NCBI GenBank assembly: GCA_963840145.1 | Contig: CAWIXR010000007.1 | Coordinates: 137,592 to 201,591 of the forward strand | Length of the DNA: 64,000 nt | DNA from: an uncultured Chloroflexia bacterium | Lineage (GTDB): Bacteria > Chloroflexota > Limnocylindria > QHBO01 | Reading direction: 5' to 3' | In this document: positions 17,596 through 27,104 of the stretch, piece after piece | Numbering within the stretch: the first letter of the stretch is position 1 | Layout of the letters: each line of letters begins with the position of its first letter | Notes under the pieces: model-generated | What the model saw: only the letters and a program-made list of their open reading frames with translations | The model's database searches: none | Told to the model about the DNA's origin: nothing | Made by a program: the position numbers and the translations under genes

Positions 17596-18297
17596 TCAGG
17601 ACTCGGATTCGCCCTCGCCCTCGGACGGGGCAGCGTCGCCGCCCTCGCCCTCGGCACCCTCGCCGGCAGCCTCGGCCTCGGCCGCCGCCGCCTCGAGCTC
17701 CTCCTCGGTGAGGACCGGCTCCGGCTCCTCCTCCTCGACCCGCGGCGGGACGACGGTCGCGACGAGCGTGTCGCCATCGGTCAGGACGTGGACGAGGTCA
17801 CGGTTGAGGCTGAGGTCGCGGACGTGGATGGCGACGTCGAGGGTCCGCAGGACCGAGACGTCGACGACGACCTGTTGCGGGATGTCGTTCGGCAGCGCCT
17901 TGACGTGCAGGCTCGACAGGTTGTGCAGCAGCGTGCCGCCGGTCTCCTCGACCGCGGGCGCCTCGCCGGTGAAGACGATCGGGACGTCGATCTCCATCTC
18001 GGTCTTGAGGTTGACGATGAAGAAGTCGACGTGGATCGCGTTGCCGCTGAGCGGGTTGCGCTGGACGCTCTTGATGATGCCGCTCGTCGGCGTCGACTGA
18101 CCCGGCAGGCGCATATCGACCACCGAGGTGCGGCCGGCCTTGCGGTAGAGGGTCTCGAACACCTTCGCGTCGACCTGGACCGGGGTGGAAGCCTCGCCCT
18201 TGCCGAAGACGATGCCCGGCACGATGCCATCGCGGCGCAGCCGCTTGTTGGCCTTGCCGTGGGCCTCGCGCGGGTCGAGGGTGAGCTCCAGGTCCAT
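17596..18297 (-). CDS. rplY: 50S ribosomal protein L25 / general stress protein Ctc
   Basis: MDLELTLDPREAHGKANKRLRRDGIVPGIVFGKG.., two-domain Ctc form with an acidic C-terminal tail. The rest of the 732-aa track ORF is an artefactual upstream extension. Confidence 0.85.
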   Translation of the reverse strand: MDLELTLDPREAHGKANKRLRRDGIVPGIVFGKGEASTPVQVDAKVFETLYRKAGRTSVVDMRLPGQSTPTSGIIKSVQRNPLSGNAIHVDFFIVNLKTEMEIDVPIVFTGEAPAVEETGGTLLHNLSSLHVKALPNDIPQQVVVDVSVLRTLDVAIHVRDLSLNRDLVHVLTDGDTLVATVVPPRVEEEEPEPVLTEEELEAAAAEAEAAGEGAEGEGGDAAPSEGEGESES

Positions 18298-18450
18298 CGG
18301 TGTCGTGAGTTCCTCTGTGGTGTCGTGCCGGCGGGCAGCACGGATCGGGTCGAAGAGCGCTGGTTGCGAGCCGGCATGGTACCCGCCGAGCGGCCGAGCG
18401 GCAACCGGGCGGAACGAACGGAATCGGAACGGGCCGCGTATCACTGGCGG

Positions 18451-19749
18451 ATGAGGAACCTCCTGCGATCGCCGGCCGCCATGCTGCCGGCGCTCATGCT
18501 TGCCGCTTGCACCGGCGCCGGACCAAGCGCGACCGCCGTCGTGACCGATGCGGCCCCCTCGATGACGGCGGCCCCGACCGCGACGCCCGAGGCCGATGAG
18601 GTCGCCCGCGACCTCGACCAGCTGATCTCGTCGCTCGACTCGACGCATCCCGACGCCTGGCACGGCATCGCGCGCGAGGACTTCGTCGCCGCGCTCGACG
18701 CGTACGAGGCCGCGTTGCCGGAGTACACGGCGGAGGAGTCGGTGGTCGAGCTGATGCGCGTTGTCGCGCTCCTGAGCCGCGAGGGACGCGACGGCCACCA
18801 GTTCGCATTCCCACTGTTCGGCATGGAGGCCCCGGCGCTGCCGATCACGGTCTACGAGTTCGACGAGGGCATCACGATCACCGACGCCGCGCCGCCGCAC
18901 GAGGGGCTGGTCGGGGCCACGATCACCGCCATCGACGGCACTCCCATCGACGAGGTCCTGGCGGCGATCGAGCCGCTCGTGCCGCGCGACGGTCCGGCCA
19001 CGGTGCCCGCCTTCCGCCCGATCTTCCTGCCGCGCACCGAGGTGCTGCGCGGCCTGGGGATCATCGGTGACGGTCCGGTCGAGCTGGCGATCGACCATCA
19101 CGGCCTCGAGACGGTCGAGACCCTCGAGCCGATCCCGTTCGAGGCCTACGAGGATTTCCTCGGCGGCCGCGGGATGCACCAGCTGCCGTCGAGCGATCGC
19201 TCGCGCTACCTCACCGACCCCGAGCCGCTGACGATCGACGAGCTCGGCGATGGCGTGCTCTACATCCGTTATCGCAACGTGGTCGCGCCGTCGGTCGGCG
19301 ACGCGCGCGAGCTGTTCGAGGGCGGATCGGTCCGGCGGCTCGTGCTCGACCTGCGTCAGAACCCCGGCGGCGACAACACGACTTACGGCCCGCTCCTCGA
19401 GCTGGTGCAGGACTTCGCGGAGGCGCATCCCGGCGAGCTGCGCGTGCTGATCGACCGCGTCACCTTCAGCGCAGCCTCGAACCTGTCGACCGAGATCGAG
19501 CAGAGCACCGATGCAGTCTTCATCGGTGAACCGATGGCCGGCGGCCTGAATTTCTGGGACGACGTGAACTTCGTGCGCCTCGAGTCGCTGCCGGTGCCGA
19601 TGCAGGTCGGCGTCAGCACACGCTACTGGCAGTTCGCCGAGCCCGATGACCCGCGCCTGACGATCGAGCCCGATGTGCTCATCCCCGCCAGCGCCGAGGA
19701 CTTCCTCGTCGGTGGAGACCCGGCGCTCGACGCCGCGCTCTCCGGCTAG
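18451..19749 (+). CDS. S41-family (tail-specific-protease-like) peptidase lipoprotein
   Basis: Lipobox LMLAAC. ..RRLVLDLRQNPGGDN.. and ..TFSAASN.. are typical of the peptidase S41 catalytic domain. Confidence 0.65.
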   Translation: MRNLLRSPAAMLPALMLAACTGAGPSATAVVTDAAPSMTAAPTATPEADEVARDLDQLISSLDSTHPDAWHGIAREDFVAALDAYEAALPEYTAEESVVELMRVVALLSREGRDGHQFAFPLFGMEAPALPITVYEFDEGITITDAAPPHEGLVGATITAIDGTPIDEVLAAIEPLVPRDGPATVPAFRPIFLPRTEVLRGLGIIGDGPVELAIDHHGLETVETLEPIPFEAYEDFLGGRGMHQLPSSDRSRYLTDPEPLTIDELGDGVLYIRYRNVVAPSVGDARELFEGGSVRRLVLDLRQNPGGDNTTYGPLLELVQDFAEAHPGELRVLIDRVTFSAASNLSTEIEQSTDAVFIGEPMAGGLNFWDDVNFVRLESLPVPMQVGVSTRYWQFAEPDDPRLTIEPDVLIPASAEDFLVGGDPALDAALSG

Positions 19750-19831
19750 CCGTTGCGTCGGCGCCTCTGGATAACGGATCTTCACGGGAAGCAATCCGGG
19801 CCTGAAACCGGCCGATTCCTATACTGCCCGC

Positions 19832-20530
19832 GTGGCCGGCACGATCATGATCGTCGAGGACGAGCCCGCCGTCGCGCGCGGCGTGCAGGTTGCGCTCGAG
19901 CGCGAGGGCTACACGGTGAGCGTGCAGCCCACCGGTGAGGACGCGATCGCCAACTTCGCCGATGCGGCGCCGGACCTCGTGGTGCTCGACGTGCGGCTGC
20001 CCGGGATCGACGGCTTCGAGGTGCTGCGCCAGCTGCGCCGTGAAACACGGGCGCCGGTCCTCTTCCTCACCGCGCGCGCCGACGAGGTCGACAAGGTCGT
20101 CGGGCTGGAGATGGGTGCCGACGACTACCTCGTCAAGCCGTTCAGCGTCCGCGAGCTGGTCAGCCGCATCAAGGCGCTCCTGCGCCGCGCGTACGGTGAG
20201 CTCGCCGACACGCAGACCGGCCGGACCCTTCGCCGCGGGGACCTCGTCATCGACCTCGAGCGCCGGCGCGTGACGCGCGGGAGCGAGCGCATCGGCCTGA
20301 CCACCACCGAGTTCGACCTGCTGCGACACCTCGCCTCCCGGCCGGGCCGCGTCTTCACCCGCGCACAGCTGCTCGAGCTGGTGCGTGACTACGACGATGC
20401 GCTCGAGCAGGACGAGCGCACGATCAACGTCCACATCAGCCACATTCGCGACAAGGTTGAGCCGGACCCGTCGCAGCCTCGCTACATCCGCACGGTGAGG
20501 GGCGTCGGATATGCCTTCGCCGAGGACTGA
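19832..20530 (+). CDS. OmpR/PhoB-type response regulator (MprA-like)
   Basis: ..IMIVEDE..LVVLDVRLPGIDG..DDYLVKPF.. receiver plus a winged-helix domain (..LTTTEFDLLRHL..IRTVRGVGY). GTG 19832 lies 6 nt after TATACT. Confidence 0.9.
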   Translation: MAGTIMIVEDEPAVARGVQVALEREGYTVSVQPTGEDAIANFADAAPDLVVLDVRLPGIDGFEVLRQLRRETRAPVLFLTARADEVDKVVGLEMGADDYLVKPFSVRELVSRIKALLRRAYGELADTQTGRTLRRGDLVIDLERRRVTRGSERIGLTTTEFDLLRHLASRPGRVFTRAQLLELVRDYDDALEQDERTINVHISHIRDKVEPDPSQPRYIRTVRGVGYAFAED

Positions 20531-22115
20531 CCAACCCCCGCCGTCGCGGTCGACGCTCGAGTGGTCCAGCTTCGACCCGCGCGGCCTCCCGGCGCTCATC
20601 GGCCGCCTGAACGTCCGGCTGGTCCTGGCGCTGGCGATCGTGGCGCTCGTCGGGCTCATGACCTCGGGCATCGCCATCCAGCAGATCCTCCCCGGCTTCT
20701 TCGTCGCGCAGACCGAGCAGCGGGTGGACGACGCAGCGGTCTCCACCGGGCTGTCGTTGCAGGAGGCCGTGACTCGCATCGGCAGCGACCCGGCGACCGA
20801 GGCGACGGCCTCGGTGCGCGAGCTGCGCGACTCGCGCATCGCTCGGGACGTGGCGGCGCTCGCCGCGCGGAACTTCAACGCGACGGTCACGATCATCAAC
20901 GACCTCGGGGCGCCGGTTGCGCGCGAGTCACCCCCGAACACCGAGGAACTCGAGTCGCGCGGCCTGCGCAAGGACACTGAGATCGGGCCGTCTGCCCGGC
21001 GCGTGCCGCTCGAGCTGCCGAACGGCGAGCGCGTCGAGTACGAGGTCATCGTCAGCGACCTGTATTCGACGCGCGTCGCGACGCTGCAGCAGATTCGCAG
21101 CGCGCTCATCGGCGCCGGGCTGCTGGCGCTCGGCGCGTCGCTGGTGACCGGCATCATCGCGGCCCGCAGCCTGACCGTGCCGATCGGCCGCCTGCGGCGC
21201 GTCGCCGCCCGCGTGTCGCAGGGACAGCTCGACGAGCGCGCGGCTCGATCCGGCGTGCTGGAGATCGACGAGCTGGGCCAGCAGTTCAACGTGATGGCCG
21301 ACCGCCTGTCCGGCACGCTCCGCATGCTCGAGGCCGACCGGGATCGGCTTCGCGAGTTCGTCGCCGACGTCAGCCACGAGCTGCGCACGCCGATCGCCGC
21401 CCTGCGGATGTACACCGAGCTCCAGCGCGACGGCTCCGTCGACGAGGCGACCCGGCAGGAGTTCCTGGAGCGGTCGCTGGAGCAGATCCAGCGGCTCGAG
21501 TGGTTGAGCACGAACCTGCTCGACCTGTCGCGGATCGACGCGGGCATCTACCCGCTCGACATGCGCACCGGTGACCTGCGCGACCCGGTGCAGGCCGTCG
21601 TGCAGGCACTGAGCGAGTCCGCCGTCGAGCGCGGCGTCGCGCTCGAGTCGACCGTGCCCGCCGAGCCGGTCGAGGTGCGCTTCGACCGTGAGCGCATCGT
21701 GCAGCTGATGAACAACCTCATCGGCAACGCGATCAAGTTCACGCCGCGCGGCGGTGCCGTATCGGTCCGGCTGGAAGAGCGCCCGTCCGACGTGCTCATC
21801 GAGGTCACCGACACCGGCCCCGGAATCCCGGCCGACGAGCTGCCGCACATCTTCGAGCGCTTCTACCGCGGCACGAACACCGGCGAGGCACGGGCATCCG
21901 GGAGCGGCCTTGGGCTCGCGATCGTGCGCTCGATCGTCGAGATGCACGAGGGCCAGATCGAGCTCGCCAGCCAGGTCGGCAACGGCACGCAGGTGCGCAT
22001 CATCCTCCCGAGACGGCCCGCCGATGCGGCCGATGAGCCCGAAGCGGCGACCGAGAAGGTCAACGAAACTTCACGCGGCGGGCGCGCTGCGCGCAACCCG
22101 GGGACCGTAGGCTGA
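20511..22115 (+). CDS. sensor histidine kinase (HAMP-HisKA-HATPase; MprB-like)
   Basis: Two TM helices, HAMP, FVADVSHELRTPIAAL H-box, N box (NLIGNAIKF), DTGPGI, GSGLGLAIV. Overlaps the regulator gene by 20 nt. Confidence 0.9.
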   Translation: MPSPRTDQPPPSRSTLEWSSFDPRGLPALIGRLNVRLVLALAIVALVGLMTSGIAIQQILPGFFVAQTEQRVDDAAVSTGLSLQEAVTRIGSDPATEATASVRELRDSRIARDVAALAARNFNATVTIINDLGAPVARESPPNTEELESRGLRKDTEIGPSARRVPLELPNGERVEYEVIVSDLYSTRVATLQQIRSALIGAGLLALGASLVTGIIAARSLTVPIGRLRRVAARVSQGQLDERAARSGVLEIDELGQQFNVMADRLSGTLRMLEADRDRLREFVADVSHELRTPIAALRMYTELQRDGSVDEATRQEFLERSLEQIQRLEWLSTNLLDLSRIDAGIYPLDMRTGDLRDPVQAVVQALSESAVERGVALESTVPAEPVEVRFDRERIVQLMNNLIGNAIKFTPRGGAVSVRLEERPSDVLIEVTDTGPGIPADELPHIFERFYRGTNTGEARASGSGLGLAIVRSIVEMHEGQIELASQVGNGTQVRIILPRRPADAADEPEAATEKVNETSRGGRAARNPGTVG

Positions 22116-22167
22116 CGATCGCCCGCTCGGCGAGCGCGAACACACAGCAGAAGCGAAGCATCGACCG

Positions 22168-23457
22168 ATGAAGACCGACCCGAATCAGCCAGACCAGCCT
22201 GACGATCCTGACAGCACGCAGCCCGTCGAAGTCCAGCGGTACGGGCCCGAGGTGCACCGCGATCCGACACAGACCGCCTGGCAGGCCGCCCCCGCGTGGT
22301 CGACGCGCCCGCCACAGCAGCCAGCGCCGGTCCAGGTGCGCCGTGGCCCGGGCACGGCACCGATCATCGCCATCGCCGTGGTTGCCGGCCTCGCCTCCGG
22401 CGCGCTCTCCGCGTTCGGCGTCGCGACCCTCCTCGACGACGGGCCGTCCGGCTTCGTGACCGGCGAGGGCACGGACGCCAACACCGTCAGCGAGATCCCG
22501 ATCGACGAGTCGAGCGCGGTGATCACGGCAGCGGCCCGCGTGGCGCCCGCGGTGGTCACGATCCAGCGCACGACCGGTGGCATTTTCGGGGGCCAGGATG
22601 GCTCCGGCTCCGGCTTCATCTATCACGAGGACGGCTTCATCGTCACCAACCGCCACGTCGTCGAGGGCGCGGAGAGCCTGATCGTCGTCCTCAATGACGG
22701 CCGGCAGCTCGAGGGCAGCGTCTACGGCATCGACACGCTCACCGACCTCGCGATCGTGAAGATCGAGGCCAGCGGCCTGCCGACGACACCGATCGGCACC
22801 TCGGCCGAACTCGAGCCCGGCCAGCTGGCGATCGCCATCGGCAACCCGCTCGGCAACTACGAGAACACCGTCACCACGGGCGTCGTCTCCGGGCTCGGCC
22901 GTCGCATCCAGGCCACCGACGCCGGGCAGACGAGCACCGAGCAGCTCAACAACCTCATCCAGACCGATGCCGCCATCAACCCTGGCAACTCGGGCGGACC
23001 GCTCGTCAACAGCGGCGGCCAGGTGATCGGCGTCAACACCGCGGTCAGCACCGACGCGCAGGGCATCGGCTTCGCGATCCCGATCGACGTCGCCAAGCCG
23101 ATCATGCAGCAGGCGGTCGAGGGCGCGGAGATCGCACGCCCTTGGATCGGGATCTTCTACATGCCGATCGACCCGGCGCTGGCCGAGTCGGAGGGCCTGC
23201 CGGTCGAGTACGGCGCGCTGATCGGCACCGAAGGCGGTCAGTCGCCGATCTTCCCCGGCAGCCCGGCGGAGCAGGCCGGCCTGCAGGAGGGCGACATCAT
23301 CGTCGCCATCGAGGGCGAGCAGATCGGACCCGGCTCGGACCTGTCGATGCTGATTGTGCCGTTCTCCCCGGGCGACACGATCACGCTCCGCGTGCTGCGC
23401 GACAGCTCGACAAGCGAGGTCGACGTGACGCTGGGAGAGCTTCCGGACGAGCGCTGA
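22168..23457 (+). CDS. HtrA/DegP-family serine protease with PDZ domain (PepD-like)
   Basis: TM anchor. Catalytic triad contexts TNRHVV, DLAIVKI and TDAAINPGNSGGPLVN. C-terminal PDZ domain. Confidence 0.9.
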   Translation: MKTDPNQPDQPDDPDSTQPVEVQRYGPEVHRDPTQTAWQAAPAWSTRPPQQPAPVQVRRGPGTAPIIAIAVVAGLASGALSAFGVATLLDDGPSGFVTGEGTDANTVSEIPIDESSAVITAAARVAPAVVTIQRTTGGIFGGQDGSGSGFIYHEDGFIVTNRHVVEGAESLIVVLNDGRQLEGSVYGIDTLTDLAIVKIEASGLPTTPIGTSAELEPGQLAIAIGNPLGNYENTVTTGVVSGLGRRIQATDAGQTSTEQLNNLIQTDAAINPGNSGGPLVNSGGQVIGVNTAVSTDAQGIGFAIPIDVAKPIMQQAVEGAEIARPWIGIFYMPIDPALAESEGLPVEYGALIGTEGGQSPIFPGSPAEQAGLQEGDIIVAIEGEQIGPGSDLSMLIVPFSPGDTITLRVLRDSSTSEVDVTLGELPDER

Positions 23458-23471
23458 CCGGCGGCGGAGGG

Positions 23472-23855
23472 CTACTCGAGGCGGCGCCTCAGCAGCGCCG
23501 CCTCGACGGTGTCCAGCTTGCCGTCGAGCGGCGCCTCGGGCTTGCGGACGCGGACCTCGACTCCATCGACCAGCGCCGGGTCGGTGGCGGCGAGCACGGC
23601 CCGGGCGATTGCGCCGGCCAGTCCCTCGATGAGGTCGAAGGCGGGTCCCGTGACCAGTGCGCCGACAAGCTCGTGGATGGCCGAATAGTCGACCGTGTCG
23701 TCGAGCGCATCGGTCTCGGCGGCGCGCGAGAGATCGGCCTGCAGGATGACGTCGACCTCGAAGGGCTGGGCCTCCACCTTCTCCTGCGGCAGGACGCCGT
23801 GGCGTGCCTGAAAGCGCATGCCGAGCAGGCTGAGGCGGTCGGGGAAGGGGGTCAC
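23472..23855 (-). CDS. folB: dihydroneopterin aldolase
   Basis: 127 aa. ..LGMRFQARHGVLPQEKVEAQPFEVDV..DDTVDYS..VEVRVRKPEAPL.. Confidence 0.8.
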   Translation of the reverse strand: MTPFPDRLSLLGMRFQARHGVLPQEKVEAQPFEVDVILQADLSRAAETDALDDTVDYSAIHELVGALVTGPAFDLIEGLAGAIARAVLAATDPALVDGVEVRVRKPEAPLDGKLDTVEAALLRRRLE

Positions 23856-24706
23856 CGGCGCACGATCGCGTCCGCCACCCGTCGGATGCGGGCCATCTGC
23901 TCGACGTCGTGGACGCGCACGATGTCCGCGCCGGCGGCGATCGCCAGCGCCACGGTCGCGGCGGTGCCATCGCCCCGGTCCTCCGGCGCCGCACCGTCGA
24001 GCAGCTCGCCGAGGAACCGCTTGCGGCTGGTGCCGACCAGCAGCGGCATCCCGTCGAGCGCCGCCTTCAGCTCACCGAGCCGATGGAGCAGCTCGAGGTT
24101 CTCCTCGGTTCCCTTCCCGAAGCCGATGCCCGGGTCGACGATGATTCGCTCGCGTGCGACCCCGCGCTCGGCGGCCGTCTCGACCGCCATCCGCAGCCAG
24201 CCGACGACGGTCTCGTACACGCCGGCCGCGTAGTCGCCCTCCTCCTGGTTGTGCATCAGCACGAGATGCGCATTGGCCTCGGCCGCCGCGACGGCGGTGC
24301 CCGGATCGAGCGTCGCGCCCCACACGTCGTTGACCATCCGCGCGCCGGCGGCCAGCGCGGCCCGCGCCACCGTTCCCTTCGTCGTGTCGATGCTGACGAT
24401 GGCCCGATCGCTCAGCGCGGCCGCAACGGCGCGGACCACCGGGATCGCGAGGGCGGCCTCCGCCCCGGCGTCGACCGCTGGCCGGTCGCCGTAGGCGCTC
24501 CGTGGCCGGGTCGACTCCGCCCCGACGTCGACGATCTCGGCGCCGGCCGCGACGAAGCCGGTCGCCTGCTCCACGGCGGCGGCAACGACCTCGTCGATGC
24601 TTCGCTTGGGCGTCGCCAGCCCGTCGCCGGAAAACGAGTCCGGCGTCACGTTGACGATGCCCATCAGGTAGGTTCGCTCGCCCCAGGCCAGCCGCGGTTC
24701 CATCAC
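23852..24706 (-). CDS. folP: dihydropteroate synthase
   Basis: ..MGIVNVTPDSFSGDG..IVDVGAESTRP..SIDT..MVNDV..DPGIGFGK.. Has 4-nt overlaps with both neighbours. Confidence 0.9.
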   Translation of the reverse strand: MMEPRLAWGERTYLMGIVNVTPDSFSGDGLATPKRSIDEVVAAAVEQATGFVAAGAEIVDVGAESTRPRSAYGDRPAVDAGAEAALAIPVVRAVAAALSDRAIVSIDTTKGTVARAALAAGARMVNDVWGATLDPGTAVAAAEANAHLVLMHNQEEGDYAAGVYETVVGWLRMAVETAAERGVARERIIVDPGIGFGKGTEENLELLHRLGELKAALDGMPLLVGTSRKRFLGELLDGAAPEDRGDGTAATVALAIAAGADIVRVHDVEQMARIRRVADAIVRR

Positions 24707-26013
24707 GCCTCCTCGCCCGTTCCGGTCAGCATGCCGCGAATCGCGCCGACGAGATAGAGGGAACCCGCCACGACGACCGGGTTACCTTCGGCCACGGCCA
24801 TGGCCGTGGCTGGGTCCGGGGCGGTCCGCGGCTCCGTCCCGCCGATCCGCCGCCAGGTCCTCGCCAGCGCCTCGGGCTCGTGGGCGCCCGGGTCGTCGAC
24901 GCGGGTGAAGACGAAGCGCGGCTCGAGCGGCGCGAGCGCGCGCAGCACCGCGGTCACGCGCTTCGTGCGCATCGCGCCGAACACGATCGTCGGCCGCCGG
25001 ACGCCGAGATCCTCGAGCGCCCGAGCCAGCGCCGCGGCACCGATCGGGTTGTGCGCGCCGTCGAGCAGGACGCGCTCGAGCCCGACCGACGATCCGTCGA
25101 GCACCTCGAGGCGCCCCGGCCAGCGCGCGTTCGCCATTCCGCGGCGCAGCGTCGCCTCGTCGACGGCGATGCCCCAGCGGTCGGCGAGCGCGTCGATCAC
25201 GCCCAGCGTCACCGCCGCGTTGTCGGCCTGGTGCCGCCCGAGGAGGCCGACGCGCAGGCCGTCGAGCCGCCGCGACGGCGTCCGCGCGTCGACGACGATC
25301 CCGCCCCAGCCCGTCTCGCGCAGCGTTGCCCGATACGGCTGGCGCGGCCCGGCCCGCAGCAGCGGGACGTTCAGCGACGCGCAGCGGTCGACGATCGGCC
25401 GCAGCCCGCGACCCGACGCGCCCGTCACCGCGAGATTGCCGGACTTGATGATCGGCGCCTTCTCGCCGCCGATCGCGCCCAGGGTCCGGCCGAGGATCGC
25501 CTCGTGGTCGAACTGGACGTTCGTGATCGCGGCGACGCCGAGGTCGAGGACGTTCGTCGCGTCGAGCCGCCCGCCCAGCCCGACCTCGACGATCGCGAGG
25601 TCGACCCGCTGTCGCGCGAGCTCCAAAATTGCCGCGGCGGTGAGCGCCTCGAACTCCGTGGGTGGACCGACGGCCCCCGCGACCCGGTCGATCTCCGGCA
25701 GCACGCGCTCGACCGCCTTCGCGAAGGCCGCCTGCGAGATCGGCTGGCCGTCGATCGCAATCCGCTCGCGGTAGCTGACGAGATGCGGCTTCGGCATGCT
25801 GCCGATGCGCAGGCCGGCCTCGGTCAGCACTGATTGGGTCATCGCCACCACGGAGCCCTTGCCGTTCGTCCCGCCCACCAGTGCGCCGCGCAGGCCGCGC
25901 TCGGGATGGCCGACCTCGTCCATCAGCCGCTCGACCCGCTCGAGGCCGAGGCTGATCCCGAAGCGCCCGCGCTCGGTGAGGGCCGCGACCGCCCGACGGT
26001 AGGAGAGCGTCAA
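24703..26013 (-). CDS. folC: bifunctional folylpolyglutamate synthase / dihydrofolate synthase
   Basis: 436 aa. ..VGGTNGKGSV..EVGLGGRLDATN..DGAHNP.. Confidence 0.9.
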   Translation of the reverse strand: MTLSYRRAVAALTERGRFGISLGLERVERLMDEVGHPERGLRGALVGGTNGKGSVVAMTQSVLTEAGLRIGSMPKPHLVSYRERIAIDGQPISQAAFAKAVERVLPEIDRVAGAVGPPTEFEALTAAAILELARQRVDLAIVEVGLGGRLDATNVLDLGVAAITNVQFDHEAILGRTLGAIGGEKAPIIKSGNLAVTGASGRGLRPIVDRCASLNVPLLRAGPRQPYRATLRETGWGGIVVDARTPSRRLDGLRVGLLGRHQADNAAVTLGVIDALADRWGIAVDEATLRRGMANARWPGRLEVLDGSSVGLERVLLDGAHNPIGAAALARALEDLGVRRPTIVFGAMRTKRVTAVLRALAPLEPRFVFTRVDDPGAHEPEALARTWRRIGGTEPRTAPDPATAMAVAEGNPVVVAGSLYLVGAIRGMLTGTGEEA

Positions 26014-26017
26014 GCGG

Positions 26018-26575
26018 TCAGTCCGCGGCGTCCTCGTAGAAGACGCAGTCGTTGAACTGCCCCGTCAGGCACAGGTCGTTGACGTAGCCGGAGTCGAGGT
26101 GCACGCCGCCTCGCAGGTCGCATCGGGCAACCGTGCCCTCCTGCTTCATCAGCGTGCGCATCAGCTGTGGCGCCTGGATCGGAATGCGGCCCTTCGCGCC
26201 GTGCGTCAGGAAGAAGTGCGGGCAGTGGTGGCGGCGCGGCTTCGTATAGCCCAGCGGCACGCCGCGCCTGCCGACGTGGACCGCCATGGGCTCCGGGGCG
26301 CCGGCATAGCGCTTCTCGGCGATGATGCAGCGGCCGGGCTCGCACTCCTTGTCGTTGTAGCAGCAGGCCCGAGCCGGACCGATGCCCTCCACCGCCCACA
26401 GCTCCCAGCACGGGCGGCGCAGGATGAAGGCGGGGCACCGATAGCGGATCGTGAGGTCGCAGTTCTCGACCTCCCAGCACATCGTGCGACGATCGTCGCC
26501 GCGACGATCGGGGGCGAAGGGATCCTCCGCCTGGCGACGCTCGGCCCCGCCGCGGCGCTCGGTCTTGATGATCAT
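26018..26575 (-). CDS. Cys/His-rich protein of unknown function (possible two-CW-type domain)
   Basis: 185 aa with 12 Cys: CWEVENC-x7-CP, CWELW, CC-x5-C-x4-C, HHCPH, C-x16-C-x7-C. Arg/Asp-rich N-terminal tail. High third-position G+C. Its stop lies 4 nt before the folC start on the same strand. Confidence 0.6.
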   Translation of the reverse strand: MIIKTERRGGAERRQAEDPFAPDRRGDDRRTMCWEVENCDLTIRYRCPAFILRRPCWELWAVEGIGPARACCYNDKECEPGRCIIAEKRYAGAPEPMAVHVGRRGVPLGYTKPRRHHCPHFFLTHGAKGRIPIQAPQLMRTLMKQEGTVARCDLRGGVHLDSGYVNDLCLTGQFNDCVFYEDAAD

Positions 26576-26685
26576 GCGTGCTCGGGCAGCCTCCTACGCC
26601 GGAGTGTAGCGGGTGGCTTCACGCGGAACGCGTGTGTGCGACGGAGCCGATGCGGTGCGCGTGTGCACCGCAATCGGTGCATCGG

Positions 26686-27018
26686 TCAGGCCAGGAACTG
26701 GCTGAGCCGCTCCTCCATCACCTCCTGGGGCATGTAGCCGACCAGGCGTGCGGCCTCGCGGCCGTTCTCGAAGAGGATGAGGGTGGGGATGCTGAAGATG
26801 CTGTAGCGCATCGCCAGCTGCTGGTTCTCGTCGGTGTTGACCTTCGCGACGTTGATCTTCTCGGCGTGCTTACCGCCGATGCTCTCGACCACCGGTGAGA
26901 CGAGGCGGCACGGGCCGCACCAGGCCGCCCAGAAGTCGACGAGCACCGGCTTCTCGGCGTTCAGTACCTCCGATTCGAAGGTCGACTCGTCGACCGTGAT
27001 CGGGGCGATGGTTGCCAT
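26686..27018 (-). CDS. trxA: thioredoxin
   Basis: MATIAPITVDESTFESEVL..PVLVDFWAAWCGPCR..NPQLA..SIPTLILF.. ATG 27018 gives the usual ~110 aa. Confidence 0.9.
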   Translation of the reverse strand: MATIAPITVDESTFESEVLNAEKPVLVDFWAAWCGPCRLVSPVVESIGGKHAEKINVAKVNTDENQQLAMRYSIFSIPTLILFENGREAARLVGYMPQEVMEERLSQFLA

Positions 27019-27104
27019 CTTCGGCAGGTCTGCCTCCACGCGTGGGTTACGCAACTGCCGGCCATCCTAGCACCGCGCATGCCGGGCCGAGATGACCCCA
27101 TCGT

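Noticed and set aside
17596-19794. 732-aa, 973-aa and 694-aa track ORFs (17596..19794, 49516..52437, 8920..11004) as large novel proteins.
   Set aside because: In each case only the C-terminal segment (L25/Ctc, the alpha/beta-fold protein, GrpB) has motifs and codon bias. The upstream extensions overlap well-supported genes on the other strand or in another frame.
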